This document shows positions 49,601 through 58,308 of a stretch of 64,000 nucleotides of DNA, one piece after another. The translations under genes were made by a program, and so were the position numbers. The stretch is taken from NCBI GenBank assembly GCA_024235095.1, contig JACKNC010000003.1, forward strand, positions 228,904-292,903. The letters are read 5' to 3'. The notes below the pieces were generated by a model, which saw nothing but the letters and a program-made list of their open reading frames with translations, made no database searches and was not told where the DNA came from. Every line of letters starts with the position of its first letter. The first letter of the stretch is position 1. This stretch comes from Gammaproteobacteria bacterium. GTDB lineage: Bacteria > Pseudomonadota > Gammaproteobacteria > Competibacterales > Competibacteraceae.

Positions 49601-49731
49601 AAGAAGGGATTGGCAACGATGCCCGCTTCTGGAAACTTGCACAATCGCTGACGGCGCTCTATCCGGTGGGTAGCGATGAAAAGCGGTGGGTGGATGGCGT
49701 CTTAGCCCGTAAAAAAGGATTAGGTTTTTAA
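46684..49731 (+). CDS. DUF1156-family DNA methyltransferase (N6-A/N4-C type, COG1743-like) with a Zn-ribbon
   Basis: '[38 protein letters not shown]' (DUF1156), '[14 protein letters not shown]' (motif I), 'CEGPGCG...CPCCGY' (Zn ribbon), '[12 protein letters not shown]' (motif IV). Confidence 0.85.
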   Translation: [1015 protein letters not shown]

Positions 49732-49744
49732 GGAGATAAAAACA

Positions 49745-52705
49745 ATGAGCAATCTCAAGCCCTGGTATCAAGTCGTCGTTCCGCGTGAAGATTTACGCGA
49801 TAATCGCCCACTGGATGCCTCCGAATTTGCCGTCCACCTCGATCATATCCGCGAACACCGCGCCCATCCCGATTATATCGATCCCGCGCGGTTCTTCTCC
49901 CGAACCTACCTGACCCAAAGCCTGCTCGATCTCTCCTCGCAAGTAGTGCGTCGTCTCTCCGGCATCAAGGTGGAAACCTCCGCCGTGTTTAACATGGCGA
50001 CGCAGTTTGGCGGGGGCAAAACTCACTCTTTGACCGCGCTCTACCATCTCGCCCAAGGTGGCCCTGCGGCACAGAACTGGAAAGGTGTGGACAGCATCCT
50101 CAACCGGGCGCAAGTGAAAGAGATTCCGCAAGCAGCGGTCGCGGTTTTTGTCGGCACAGAGTTTGATGTGGTAGAGGGCAGGAAAGGAGAAGGACAACCG
50201 CAGCGAAAAACCCCTTGGGGAGAGATCGCTTGGCAGCTTGGCGGTGAGGAAACCTTTGCCGCTGTCGCCCAGCATGATGAACAGGGTATTGCTCCAGCCG
50301 GAGACGTGCTGCGCCGCATGTTGCCGGGTGGCCCCACGCTGATTCTCCTTGATGAGTTAATGAACTACGCTTCGCGCTCGCGCCGCACTGGCCTAGCCTC
50401 ACAACTCTATGATTTCCTCCAGAACCTCTCCGAAGAAGCCCGTGCCCGCGATAACCTGGTGCTCTGTGTTTCGATTCCAGGATCAACCCAATTGGAGATG
50501 AACCCTGAAGATCAACAAAGCTATGAGTCCTACAAAAAATTGCTGGATCGGGTGGGCAAGGCCATCAGCATGTCCTCGGAAACCGAAGTGACAGAAATCA
50601 TTCGCCGCCGCCTCTTCGACTGGTATGGGTTACCCGCCGATGGAAAAAAAGTGGCAGCAGAATACGGAGCCTGGGTCCAGGATCATCCCACAGAATTAGC
50701 GAATCTAGGTGGAGAATCCCCGGAAGAACTCTTCCTGGCCTGCTATCCCTTTCACCCTTCCTTGATTTCCGTTTTTCAGCGCAAATGGCAAAGCCTGCCG
50801 CGCTTTCAACGAACTCGGGGCATTCTTCGTCTGCTTGCCCTCTGGATTGCACGGTCCTACCAGGAAGAACACCGCAAGAATTCACGGGAACCGCTCATCA
50901 CGCTCGGTTCTGCGCCACTCGATGACCAAACTTTCCGGGATGCCTTGTTTGAACAACTGGGTTCCGATCAACTCTCGATTCCGGTCACTACGGATATTCT
51001 TGGAAAGAAAGATGCTCACGCCCTTCGTCTTGACCGGGAAGCCATTGACGCGATCAAGAAAGCCCGCCTCCATCAGCGCGTGGCCACGACCATTTTCTTC
51101 GAGAGTAACGGCGGGCAAAGCCAAACCCGCATGGAAGCGACCGTTCCTGAAATCCGGGCAGCGGTCGGCCATACCGATCTAAATCTGGCCGATGTGGAAA
51201 CCGTGTTAGAGGGCCTCACCGCCAACTGTTTTTACCTCAATTGGGATCGCAACCGTTACCGGTTCGGTCTGCGTCCCAACCTCAATCAAATGCTGGTCAC
51301 GCGCCGGGGAACGGTGAAGGATCAGGACATTGAGGCCCGTATTCAGCAAACCACATTGGATTTGGTCAAATCTGGCAGTAAAGCCGTGGATCGGCGTTGT
51401 TTTCCAACCCGGTCAAATGATATTCCTGACCGTCCCCAACTGACCCTGGTGGTCTTGGGCTTAGCGCATCCCGCGCAAGACCCAGCAACCCAGAATTTCA
51501 TGGAAACCCTTTTGCGAGAGTGTGGTACCGCAGGACGCACCTATAAATCAGGCTTGCTGTTTATCGCTCCCGATCAGGGCGGGGCGGTCATCGAAGCGGC
51601 GCGCAACGTGCTGGCTTGGGAAGATATCGAAGCGGATGAAGACACCGCCCGACAACTGGAAGAAGCCCAGCGCCGTTCTCTCGGTCAAAGCCTGGACCGC
51701 GCCAAGGCGGATCTGAAGGAATCTCTCTGGCGGGCTTATCGCCATGTGTTTCTGCTCAGCAAAGACAACACGCTCAAAAACCTTGACCTGGGGCAAATCA
51801 CCTCCAGCATGGCCCATTCAATCTGCGATCTGGTAGTCAATCAACTTGTCAAGGACGATGAGATTACGGCTATCGTAGGACCCAATAAGCTGGTGCGGCT
51901 CTGGCCGCCCGCGCTGACTGAATGGTCCACGAAAGCGGTACGGGATGCCTTTTTTGCTTCACCAGCCTTACCTCGCTTGCTCGATCCTAACTCCATCAGG
52001 CGCACGATTGCCGATGGCGTCACTTCCAAGCTGTTTGGTTACGCCAGCCGAGATGCCTCGGGTCAACTCCAACTGGATTGTTTTGGTGAAAGTCTCTCGG
52101 AACAGGAAGTGGAGATCAGTGATGATCTCTTTATTCTGCGTGCTCAAGATGCCGAACGACTCATCGAACCGCCGCACTTGTATAGGCTGGTCCTTCAACC
52201 GAGTGCAATTGACGTTAGCCCTGGTGAGCACATCACCTTCAAGGTCAGTGGTGTTGACCAATACGGCCAAAGCTTCCCGGTGGAAAACGCAACCTGGTCA
52301 GCTCCCGAATGCACGGTAAATAACGAGGGCAGCTTTCAGGCGAATAGCGCGCCGGGTCTCTACTTGGTGACCGTGCAGGTGGATAACCTCCAAGCGGAGG
52401 CCAAGGTACGGGTTAAGCCGCCGATCATCTCGACACCTGTTCCACCTAGAGAAGAACACCAAACCGCCGAAGAAGAACATCCACCTGGCTATAGTGAACA
52501 AAAAATACGATGGAGTGGAACCATTCCACCCCGGAAATGGATGAACTTTTACACCAAGGTCATCGCAAAGCTCGCGAACTCGCCGGGATTGACCGTACAG
52601 GTCAGCCTAGAAGCATCAGCAGAAGGAGACAGTGCTTCGGCGAAGATTGAGGATATAAAGAGTGCTCTGAAGGAGTTGGGGTTGGACGAGAGTGTAAATG
52701 GATGA
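49745..52705 (+). CDS. DUF499-family P-loop ATPase (BrxC/PglY-like) with a C-terminal Ig-like region
   Basis: AGGAG lies upstream of the ATG. 'KPWYQVVVPREDLRDNRPLDASEFAVHLDHI...FFSRTYLTQSL...FGGGKTHSLTALYHL', 'LILLDELMNY'. Confidence 0.85.
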   Translation: MSNLKPWYQVVVPREDLRDNRPLDASEFAVHLDHIREHRAHPDYIDPARFFSRTYLTQSLLDLSSQVVRRLSGIKVETSAVFNMATQFGGGKTHSLTALYHLAQGGPAAQNWKGVDSILNRAQVKEIPQAAVAVFVGTEFDVVEGRKGEGQPQRKTPWGEIAWQLGGEETFAAVAQHDEQGIAPAGDVLRRMLPGGPTLILLDELMNYASRSRRTGLASQLYDFLQNLSEEARARDNLVLCVSIPGSTQLEMNPEDQQSYESYKKLLDRVGKAISMSSETEVTEIIRRRLFDWYGLPADGKKVAAEYGAWVQDHPTELANLGGESPEELFLACYPFHPSLISVFQRKWQSLPRFQRTRGILRLLALWIARSYQEEHRKNSREPLITLGSAPLDDQTFRDALFEQLGSDQLSIPVTTDILGKKDAHALRLDREAIDAIKKARLHQRVATTIFFESNGGQSQTRMEATVPEIRAAVGHTDLNLADVETVLEGLTANCFYLNWDRNRYRFGLRPNLNQMLVTRRGTVKDQDIEARIQQTTLDLVKSGSKAVDRRCFPTRSNDIPDRPQLTLVVLGLAHPAQDPATQNFMETLLRECGTAGRTYKSGLLFIAPDQGGAVIEAARNVLAWEDIEADEDTARQLEEAQRRSLGQSLDRAKADLKESLWRAYRHVFLLSKDNTLKNLDLGQITSSMAHSICDLVVNQLVKDDEITAIVGPNKLVRLWPPALTEWSTKAVRDAFFASPALPRLLDPNSIRRTIADGVTSKLFGYASRDASGQLQLDCFGESLSEQEVEISDDLFILRAQDAERLIEPPHLYRLVLQPSAIDVSPGEHITFKVSGVDQYGQSFPVENATWSAPECTVNNEGSFQANSAPGLYLVTVQVDNLQAEAKVRVKPPIISTPVPPREEHQTAEEEHPPGYSEQKIRWSGTIPPRKWMNFYTKVIAKLANSPGLTVQVSLEASAEGDSASAKIEDIKSALKELGLDESVNG

Positions 52706-53666
52706 TTGTTTTTGGTTTGCGCGAAATGGAGATACCCTAATAATGAGGATTTTACCGATTGAGCTGATCCCTGAAACAATGTGGAAGAAACAGGTACTTT
52801 ACTTACCTGGTGAATTAATAACCTCATATTTAGTAGAATTAAAAGATCGTGGCCTTCTTCAAGAAGCAAAGCAAGGTACAGATAGGAAAGATATTCATGG
52901 AGGTTTTAGTGATAAAGAAACATTGGAGCATTTTACTCATCGATTCGGTGTTTCATCTGGCAGATCTGAGTTTACTATACTAGCGCCAAATGAGGACCTG
53001 ACAGAATATTCTGATGCACTATTAAACACATTTTCAGAAGGGCATATTGGATTGTTAGATATTCCATGTGGAACAGGAGCATCGTGTGTAACTTTTCTCA
53101 CAGTCTTAGCTGAACTTCGGGCTAGGCGTGTATTACCAACTCTTCCATTAACAATTTCGATTGTAGGGGGCGATTGTTCAATGGCAGCAAGAGAAATATG
53201 CCAAAGTATGTTAAATAGAGCGAGGACTATCTTAGCCGATCAAGGAATTATAATCAATTACAATCTGACTCAGTGGGATGCAACTCGAAATGATGAAACT
53301 GCAAAAATGATTGATGAGTGGTTTAAGTTAGCAAGTGATGCGTGTGAGTACGTAGTATGTATTAGTAATTTTAGTGGCGCGTTAATAAAAGGAAAAATGT
53401 TTGACGATTTTACACCATGTTTGTCACAGATACTAGCGCGACTACACGATAAAAAAAGTACTTTGATATGGATCGAACCAATTAACTCAAACGCTGTAAA
53501 AGGACTAATTCCAAAGGTATTTAAATGGCTAAATAGATATGTGCCTTGGTTTTCTAACGTGCATAAAAAAGGAGAATTTCCTTCGGCAGAGTATCGAATG
53601 AGTAACCCTATTAATCAACATATACATCAAACAGGGGTTCAAGTACAACGCTTCGTGAGAGATTAA
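52698..53666 (+). CDS. Class-I SAM-methyltransferase-fold protein with a non-canonical catalytic loop (function unknown)
   Basis: 'LLDIPCGTGAS' (motif I), 'IVGGDCS', and 'VCISNFSG' in the position of (D/N)PP(Y/F). The ATG overlaps the DUF499 stop; an alternative ATG is at 52743. The gene is AT-rich. Confidence 0.55.
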   Translation: MDDCFWFARNGDTLIMRILPIELIPETMWKKQVLYLPGELITSYLVELKDRGLLQEAKQGTDRKDIHGGFSDKETLEHFTHRFGVSSGRSEFTILAPNEDLTEYSDALLNTFSEGHIGLLDIPCGTGASCVTFLTVLAELRARRVLPTLPLTISIVGGDCSMAAREICQSMLNRARTILADQGIIINYNLTQWDATRNDETAKMIDEWFKLASDACEYVVCISNFSGALIKGKMFDDFTPCLSQILARLHDKKSTLIWIEPINSNAVKGLIPKVFKWLNRYVPWFSNVHKKGEFPSAEYRMSNPINQHIHQTGVQVQRFVRD

Positions 53667-53670
53667 GATA

Positions 53671-55431
53671 ATGTGGCCAGTCCCATCAAATATGTTGGCT
53701 ATTCGTGCTTTGCAAGCGACACGAAAGCTTCATTTGCCAACGTATGTTGCAACAAGATTTTTTGTTGACTCAATTGTTGGATATCAAGATAGTTCATGGA
53801 GCTATGTTACCATTCCCAGAAAATATCCTATGCGTAAGCAGGGTCAATTTTTAGTATCAAAGAAATTAAAGAAAATATTAGAGAATGGTTGTTGTGAATA
53901 TCGAGACTTCCTTGTGTCGAGTCCGTCTACTGCATTAACCGAGTCTCTAATACTTGCTTATCTATCACAAGAATCATCTTTTCATAAAGAAAATTATATA
54001 TATAGCTACAGATGGCCAAATAATACGGAAGAGTGTCCATATAATTTCGAGCATTATATTAATGGTTATAAATGTCGAAATAACGATATTTTAAATTTAT
54101 TATTAGATAATAGTAACAACATTGTTATTGTTTCCGATATAGAAAATTTTTATCCAAGTATAAATCAAGAAACTGTATTAAAAAAATTTAATCAAGCGCT
54201 CAAGGATACGAAAATACAAGACAGTATAAAGGTTACAGCTCTGAAATTTATCGAGCATTTATTTAATTACTATCCTGATGGTAAAGGGATTCCGATTGGC
54301 CCAGAAATTAGTCACATCCTCGCTGATTTTGCTCTGTCTACTATAGATACTACTTTGTCGGCACAATTTCCTGGTAGGTATTTTCGGTATGTTGATGATA
54401 TTGTACTCGTTGTGGACAATGACAAAAAAAATTCTGTAATAGAAATGCTAGAAAATTTAGCAAGTGATGAAGGTCTAACTATTCATCCACAGAAGACAGA
54501 TTGTCTATCCGGGAGTGAATGGTTGACCTATGGGCCACATACTCAACATCAGGTTAGAAGAAATTCATTTGAATCACTTGTTTTTTTTATAAAAGTATTC
54601 TTGTTAACCCATCGAAATAGAGAAGATGAATTAGCGACAAGTCTATTAGAAGAAGGTTTTTCTCTTCCGATTAGTCGATTAACATCCAAAAGCAGAGAAT
54701 CCAACTTTTTTGGGAACTTTAAATATCTTCTTGAAAGAAGATGGAACATTGCATGGCAAGCGTGGAAAATAAGAAAAAAAGATCTTATTAAAATGGCAAG
54801 GGAAGTGAGAAACGAAGTAAAAAGAGAATTATATGATATTCTCTTAGAAAAGCCACCTGAAAATAAAACAAGAAAAAAATGGTTTCTTCAAAGATTGAGA
54901 TACCTCACTAACAGATCAATCTATCTATTTCCGCCTAATGAATTAACTCATTTAGTTGAACATTTAAGCCCCTTTCCTGAATTTCAGGATACTATTGCTT
55001 TGATAAATCTATTAGTAAAAGATAGTTATAAAGATATATTAGGTATGCCAGGACCAGTATTAAATACTGCTGCAAGTTTACTACGGCAAGCAAATAGAAA
55101 ATTACCCCCTATCACTTTAGATAGCCACTCAGATCAAGTTATTATAGATTCAGTTAGTATCTTATTATTATTTGGAGTTGTTGACCTGCAACGTAACGCT
55201 CTTATTAAAGTTAACCAAACAACATCCGAGTTACTGCAATTTTGTGCAAATCAACCAAAATCAAGTGATATGCAACTAATACAAGATTTTTCTTATATAA
55301 ATGAAATTAGAACACTCCAATATCCACACTTACATGATAGCTATGTAAATATATTAGAAACAAGATTTTCTGATCTTGAATCCCCTGTATTAGATGCATT
55401 AGACATTGGTGGGGGTTACTTATCTTGGTAA
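53671..55431 (+). CDS. Reverse transcriptase, Abi/UG-like (stand-alone RT with a long helical C-terminal extension)
   Basis: RT motifs 'VIVSDIENFYPSI' (A), 'GIPIGPEISHILADFAL' (B), 'YFRYVDDIVLVV' (C) and 'GLTIHPQKT' (D). It starts 4 nt after the upstream gene. Confidence 0.8.
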   Translation: MWPVPSNMLAIRALQATRKLHLPTYVATRFFVDSIVGYQDSSWSYVTIPRKYPMRKQGQFLVSKKLKKILENGCCEYRDFLVSSPSTALTESLILAYLSQESSFHKENYIYSYRWPNNTEECPYNFEHYINGYKCRNNDILNLLLDNSNNIVIVSDIENFYPSINQETVLKKFNQALKDTKIQDSIKVTALKFIEHLFNYYPDGKGIPIGPEISHILADFALSTIDTTLSAQFPGRYFRYVDDIVLVVDNDKKNSVIEMLENLASDEGLTIHPQKTDCLSGSEWLTYGPHTQHQVRRNSFESLVFFIKVFLLTHRNREDELATSLLEEGFSLPISRLTSKSRESNFFGNFKYLLERRWNIAWQAWKIRKKDLIKMAREVRNEVKRELYDILLEKPPENKTRKKWFLQRLRYLTNRSIYLFPPNELTHLVEHLSPFPEFQDTIALINLLVKDSYKDILGMPGPVLNTAASLLRQANRKLPPITLDSHSDQVIIDSVSILLLFGVVDLQRNALIKVNQTTSELLQFCANQPKSSDMQLIQDFSYINEIRTLQYPHLHDSYVNILETRFSDLESPVLDALDIGGGYLSW

Positions 55432-55565
55432 AATTAAACAATGATTCGATAGATCATATTCATAAAGTCATTCAAAAAGCCATTTATTAATAGAAAACAT
55501 TAATACTCAACTTTACCTTTAATTATATTATTAAAATAATGGTTTCTTAAATCTCACAATTATTA

Positions 55566-56528
55566 TTATCTTTCCCGTCTTTTACCAATTTTTATAACAT
55601 CATTCCAATCTATTCCATCTCCATCTGGGTATTTATCCATCACCGTCAAATCCCCTCGTCTAGTAGCCAGAACCAGCCCTTTAATCTCCTCAGAAAGATG
55701 CCTACCGCCCGCATCATTGTTCATTGCAATCACAATGACCGTACTTGTTGCCAGCTTCAGAAAAGCCGCCTCCAGCAACTGCCGCTGCATCGTGTTCATT
55801 TCCCCGGCAATCGAGAAATACCGCGATCCTTCCGGCCCATAGAGCGCATGATAGCTCAGGCCCTCAATCGCGCTTTCCGTAATGACCAGGCGTTCATCCT
55901 CTGGAGTTGAGGTGGAATACCACAATCCTTTTTGCCCTCCCTTGGCAAACCCCTTGAAGTGGTAGTTACGCAATTCAAAGCCGCAAAGCCCCTGCCGGTC
56001 ATAGTGGGGAAAGACGGCATTGCCATAGCGATCTCGATAAATCTTCCCGGTAAAGCGTGGATGAACCAACACCTCGGCAGGAATGCGCCGCTCCTTCTCC
56101 AAATAGGGGTGGGTGTCTCGAATCGGTTTCATCGCCGCAAACTGTGCTCGGATACCCGCCAAATTGCGGGTAATCGGTTCAACCTGTGCCACATAGCGAT
56201 CAGGAGAGAGGTGAGGGGATAACCGAGTGGCCCCACCGATCCACATCCGAAGTTGCTTGCGGACTTCCCCCAAATTCAGGTGCTGTCGCTTCTGGACAAA
56301 ATCAATAATGGTTCCGTGATCCGCCTCATCTCGAACCGAGAAATAAATCCAATCCCCGCTCGTGCCTTCCTTACCAATGATGATTTTGTCATCATTCGGC
56401 CCGCGCATGGTGACGCTGTTCCGGCTGCTCTCCTTCCGTTCCAGGACATACCCTTGGCAGGCTGCATATTCCGTCAGATTGATCTGCTGCTTAAAGCGAT
56501 CTATTTCCTGCGAATCGTTCCGTTCCAT
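55566..56528 (-). CDS. DUF3991 + Toprim domain protein (plasmid/ICE primase-like)
   Basis: 'PYLEKERRIPAEVL...RYGNAVFPHYDRQGLCGFELRN...KGLWYS' (DUF3991). 'LVITESAIEGLSYHAL...VIAMNNDAGG' (Toprim). Confidence 0.75.
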   Translation of the reverse strand: MERNDSQEIDRFKQQINLTEYAACQGYVLERKESSRNSVTMRGPNDDKIIIGKEGTSGDWIYFSVRDEADHGTIIDFVQKRQHLNLGEVRKQLRMWIGGATRLSPHLSPDRYVAQVEPITRNLAGIRAQFAAMKPIRDTHPYLEKERRIPAEVLVHPRFTGKIYRDRYGNAVFPHYDRQGLCGFELRNYHFKGFAKGGQKGLWYSTSTPEDERLVITESAIEGLSYHALYGPEGSRYFSIAGEMNTMQRQLLEAAFLKLATSTVIVIAMNNDAGGRHLSEEIKGLVLATRRGDLTVMDKYPDGDGIDWNDVIKIGKRRER

Positions 56529-56615
56529 TGCCTCACCGGTTTAGGGCCATAGGAAAAAGAAAGCCTTTTACCTCTTCCTATTGCCGGGTTGTGAAGTGAA
56601 TCATTGACTCGTTTC

Positions 56616-57002
56616 TCACATAGATTCGGTGTTTTTCCTTAACCAATCCGCAAACGCCTCCTCGCTGAGTTCATTACTGGCTAGCCCCAAGACCCATTGA
56701 GCGGCTTCAAGCTCAGAAGCCATAAGCTGTAAATGATTTCTTGCCATAAACACATAACCCGTCATGAACCCTGTGCGTTTGTTGCCATCCACAAACGGGT
56801 GATTGCGGATAATACCGGCGATGTAAGCGGTTGCGAGTGCCGCTAAGTCCGGCTGTTCGTAGGCCCAGCGATGACGAGGCCGGGATAATGCCGATTCCAG
56901 TAAACCGGTATCGCGTAAGCCACTGGGTCCGCCGTGCTCAGCGAGTAAGCGGTCATGGATGGCCAAAACAACCTTCGTTTCAATCCAGATCGGTTCCTTC
57001 AT
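56616..57002 (-). CDS. doc: Doc (death-on-curing) family toxin
   Basis: 'HPFVDGNKRTG' Fic/Doc motif. 128 aa. It overlaps the upstream antitoxin by 4 nt. Confidence 0.85.
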   Translation of the reverse strand: MKEPIWIETKVVLAIHDRLLAEHGGPSGLRDTGLLESALSRPRHRWAYEQPDLAALATAYIAGIIRNHPFVDGNKRTGFMTGYVFMARNHLQLMASELEAAQWVLGLASNELSEEAFADWLRKNTESM

Positions 57003-57226
57003 TTCGCTAAGATATGTAAGGTGTTTCGGTAACGCGCCATTCCTTCCTCAGCCAACTTCAGTTGAGCTTCAAATTCTGGATCATACGGGGTTAGTCGGTA
57101 ACCCCCTTCCGGCGCTTCCGTCAGAAAGAGACGATCACCATCTTCGAGATGCAAGCGACTGGTTACCTCTAGTGGGAGCACCACCCCCAGCGAATTACCG
57201 ACTTTGCGAATTTTAAGATTAATCAT
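56999..57226 (-). CDS. AbrB/MazE-fold antitoxin
   Basis: 'MINLKIRKVGNSLGVVLPLEV' is the SpoVT/AbrB swapped-hairpin signature. Confidence 0.8.
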   Translation of the reverse strand: MINLKIRKVGNSLGVVLPLEVTSRLHLEDGDRLFLTEAPEGGYRLTPYDPEFEAQLKLAEEGMARYRNTLHILAK

Positions 57227-57312
57227 GATTCATCATGCCTTTAAGTAAGGTTATAACTATTGTAGTAACATGTAAATCTCTTCAATTCAAGCAAAAAATG
57301 GAGGCATTCTGG

Positions 57313-58305
57313 CTAATACTGCACGGCAAAGCTTGCACTTTCCCGGTAATGCAGCTTGCGCTTGTCATACATTTTGGTCGTGGCGATATGGCTATGCCCC
57401 ACACTCGCCTGCACGGCCTCAATCGGACACTTCCGGTCCAGAGCCTCGGTAATAAACGTCGCTCGGGCGCTGTGCGGGGTGACGCCGATGGGTAACCCGG
57501 CCTCCAGCGCATAGCGATGAAACAGCTTGCTGATCTGTCGGCTGGTCAGCGGTTTACGCCGTTCCCGGCGCTGAACTGCGAGAAACAGCGGGCTCTCCCG
57601 TTCGGCCCCGTGACCACTTTCGGAAAGATAGGCCCGCAAGGCCAGTTGCAGTTCCTGGTGAATGGCAATCCGGTTGCGCTTGCCGCCCTTGAGGATGAAA
57701 TCCAATACCCAGTAGCCACCATCTTCAAAAAAATCCTTCACTTTGAGGGTGGTGACCTCATTAATTCGGCAACCGGTGTAGAACAGGACATGCAAAATAG
57801 CACGGTCCCGAATGCCCTTGAGCTGGTCTAGCTGGGGGGCATGGAGAAGACTCCGTACTTGTTCGGGTGTGAGAACGGCGGCTTCCACACGCTGGGCGCT
57901 GACTTTGGGGCGGCGAACTCCGGTGGCTGGGTTGCGTGTCGCCACTTGCTGCTCACAGAGATGCTTAAACAGCGAAGACACCGCCGCTAGGCGGTTTTGC
58001 ACCGTGCGGGGGCTGGCCCCAGACTGGATGAGGTGCTCCCGCCAAGCAATCAAGTGACTTTGCCCAATGCCGCGTAACTCATCGGACGACTGGAAACCAT
58101 GAAAGGCAATGAAACTCTGTACGGCCGCTTGATAGGTTCGTTTCGTGCGGGGCGAGACAAAATTGGCTAACCACACCGATTCCTCGGGAATGTCCGCTAA
58201 CGTGGCGTGAGTCACCGTGGACAGTTCGCGGTCTTTTTCCGATACGGGGGCTGGGGATTTCGGCGAAAGGGTCATGGATGCAGTGTCTTTTTGAGGGTGA
58301 TTCAA
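57313..58305 (-). CDS. Tyrosine recombinase/integrase (XerC/D-like); the start may instead be the ATG at 58275
   Basis: 'RDRAILHVLFYTGCRINE' and '...TPHSARATFITEAL...VQASVGHSHIATTKMYDK' give the R, HxxR and Y motifs. Confidence 0.85.
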   Translation of the reverse strand: MNHPQKDTASMTLSPKSPAPVSEKDRELSTVTHATLADIPEESVWLANFVSPRTKRTYQAAVQSFIAFHGFQSSDELRGIGQSHLIAWREHLIQSGASPRTVQNRLAAVSSLFKHLCEQQVATRNPATGVRRPKVSAQRVEAAVLTPEQVRSLLHAPQLDQLKGIRDRAILHVLFYTGCRINEVTTLKVKDFFEDGGYWVLDFILKGGKRNRIAIHQELQLALRAYLSESGHGAERESPLFLAVQRRERRKPLTSRQISKLFHRYALEAGLPIGVTPHSARATFITEALDRKCPIEAVQASVGHSHIATTKMYDKRKLHYRESASFAVQY

Positions 58306-58308
58306 GAA

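Noticed and set aside
55432-55565. Searched the RT-downstream intergenic region for retron msr/msd-like inverted repeats or another structured template RNA
   Set aside because: Only short AT-only stems (for example TATTAAT/ATTAATA) are visible, and nothing there is convincing by eye. It needs RNA-seq or covariance-model scanning.
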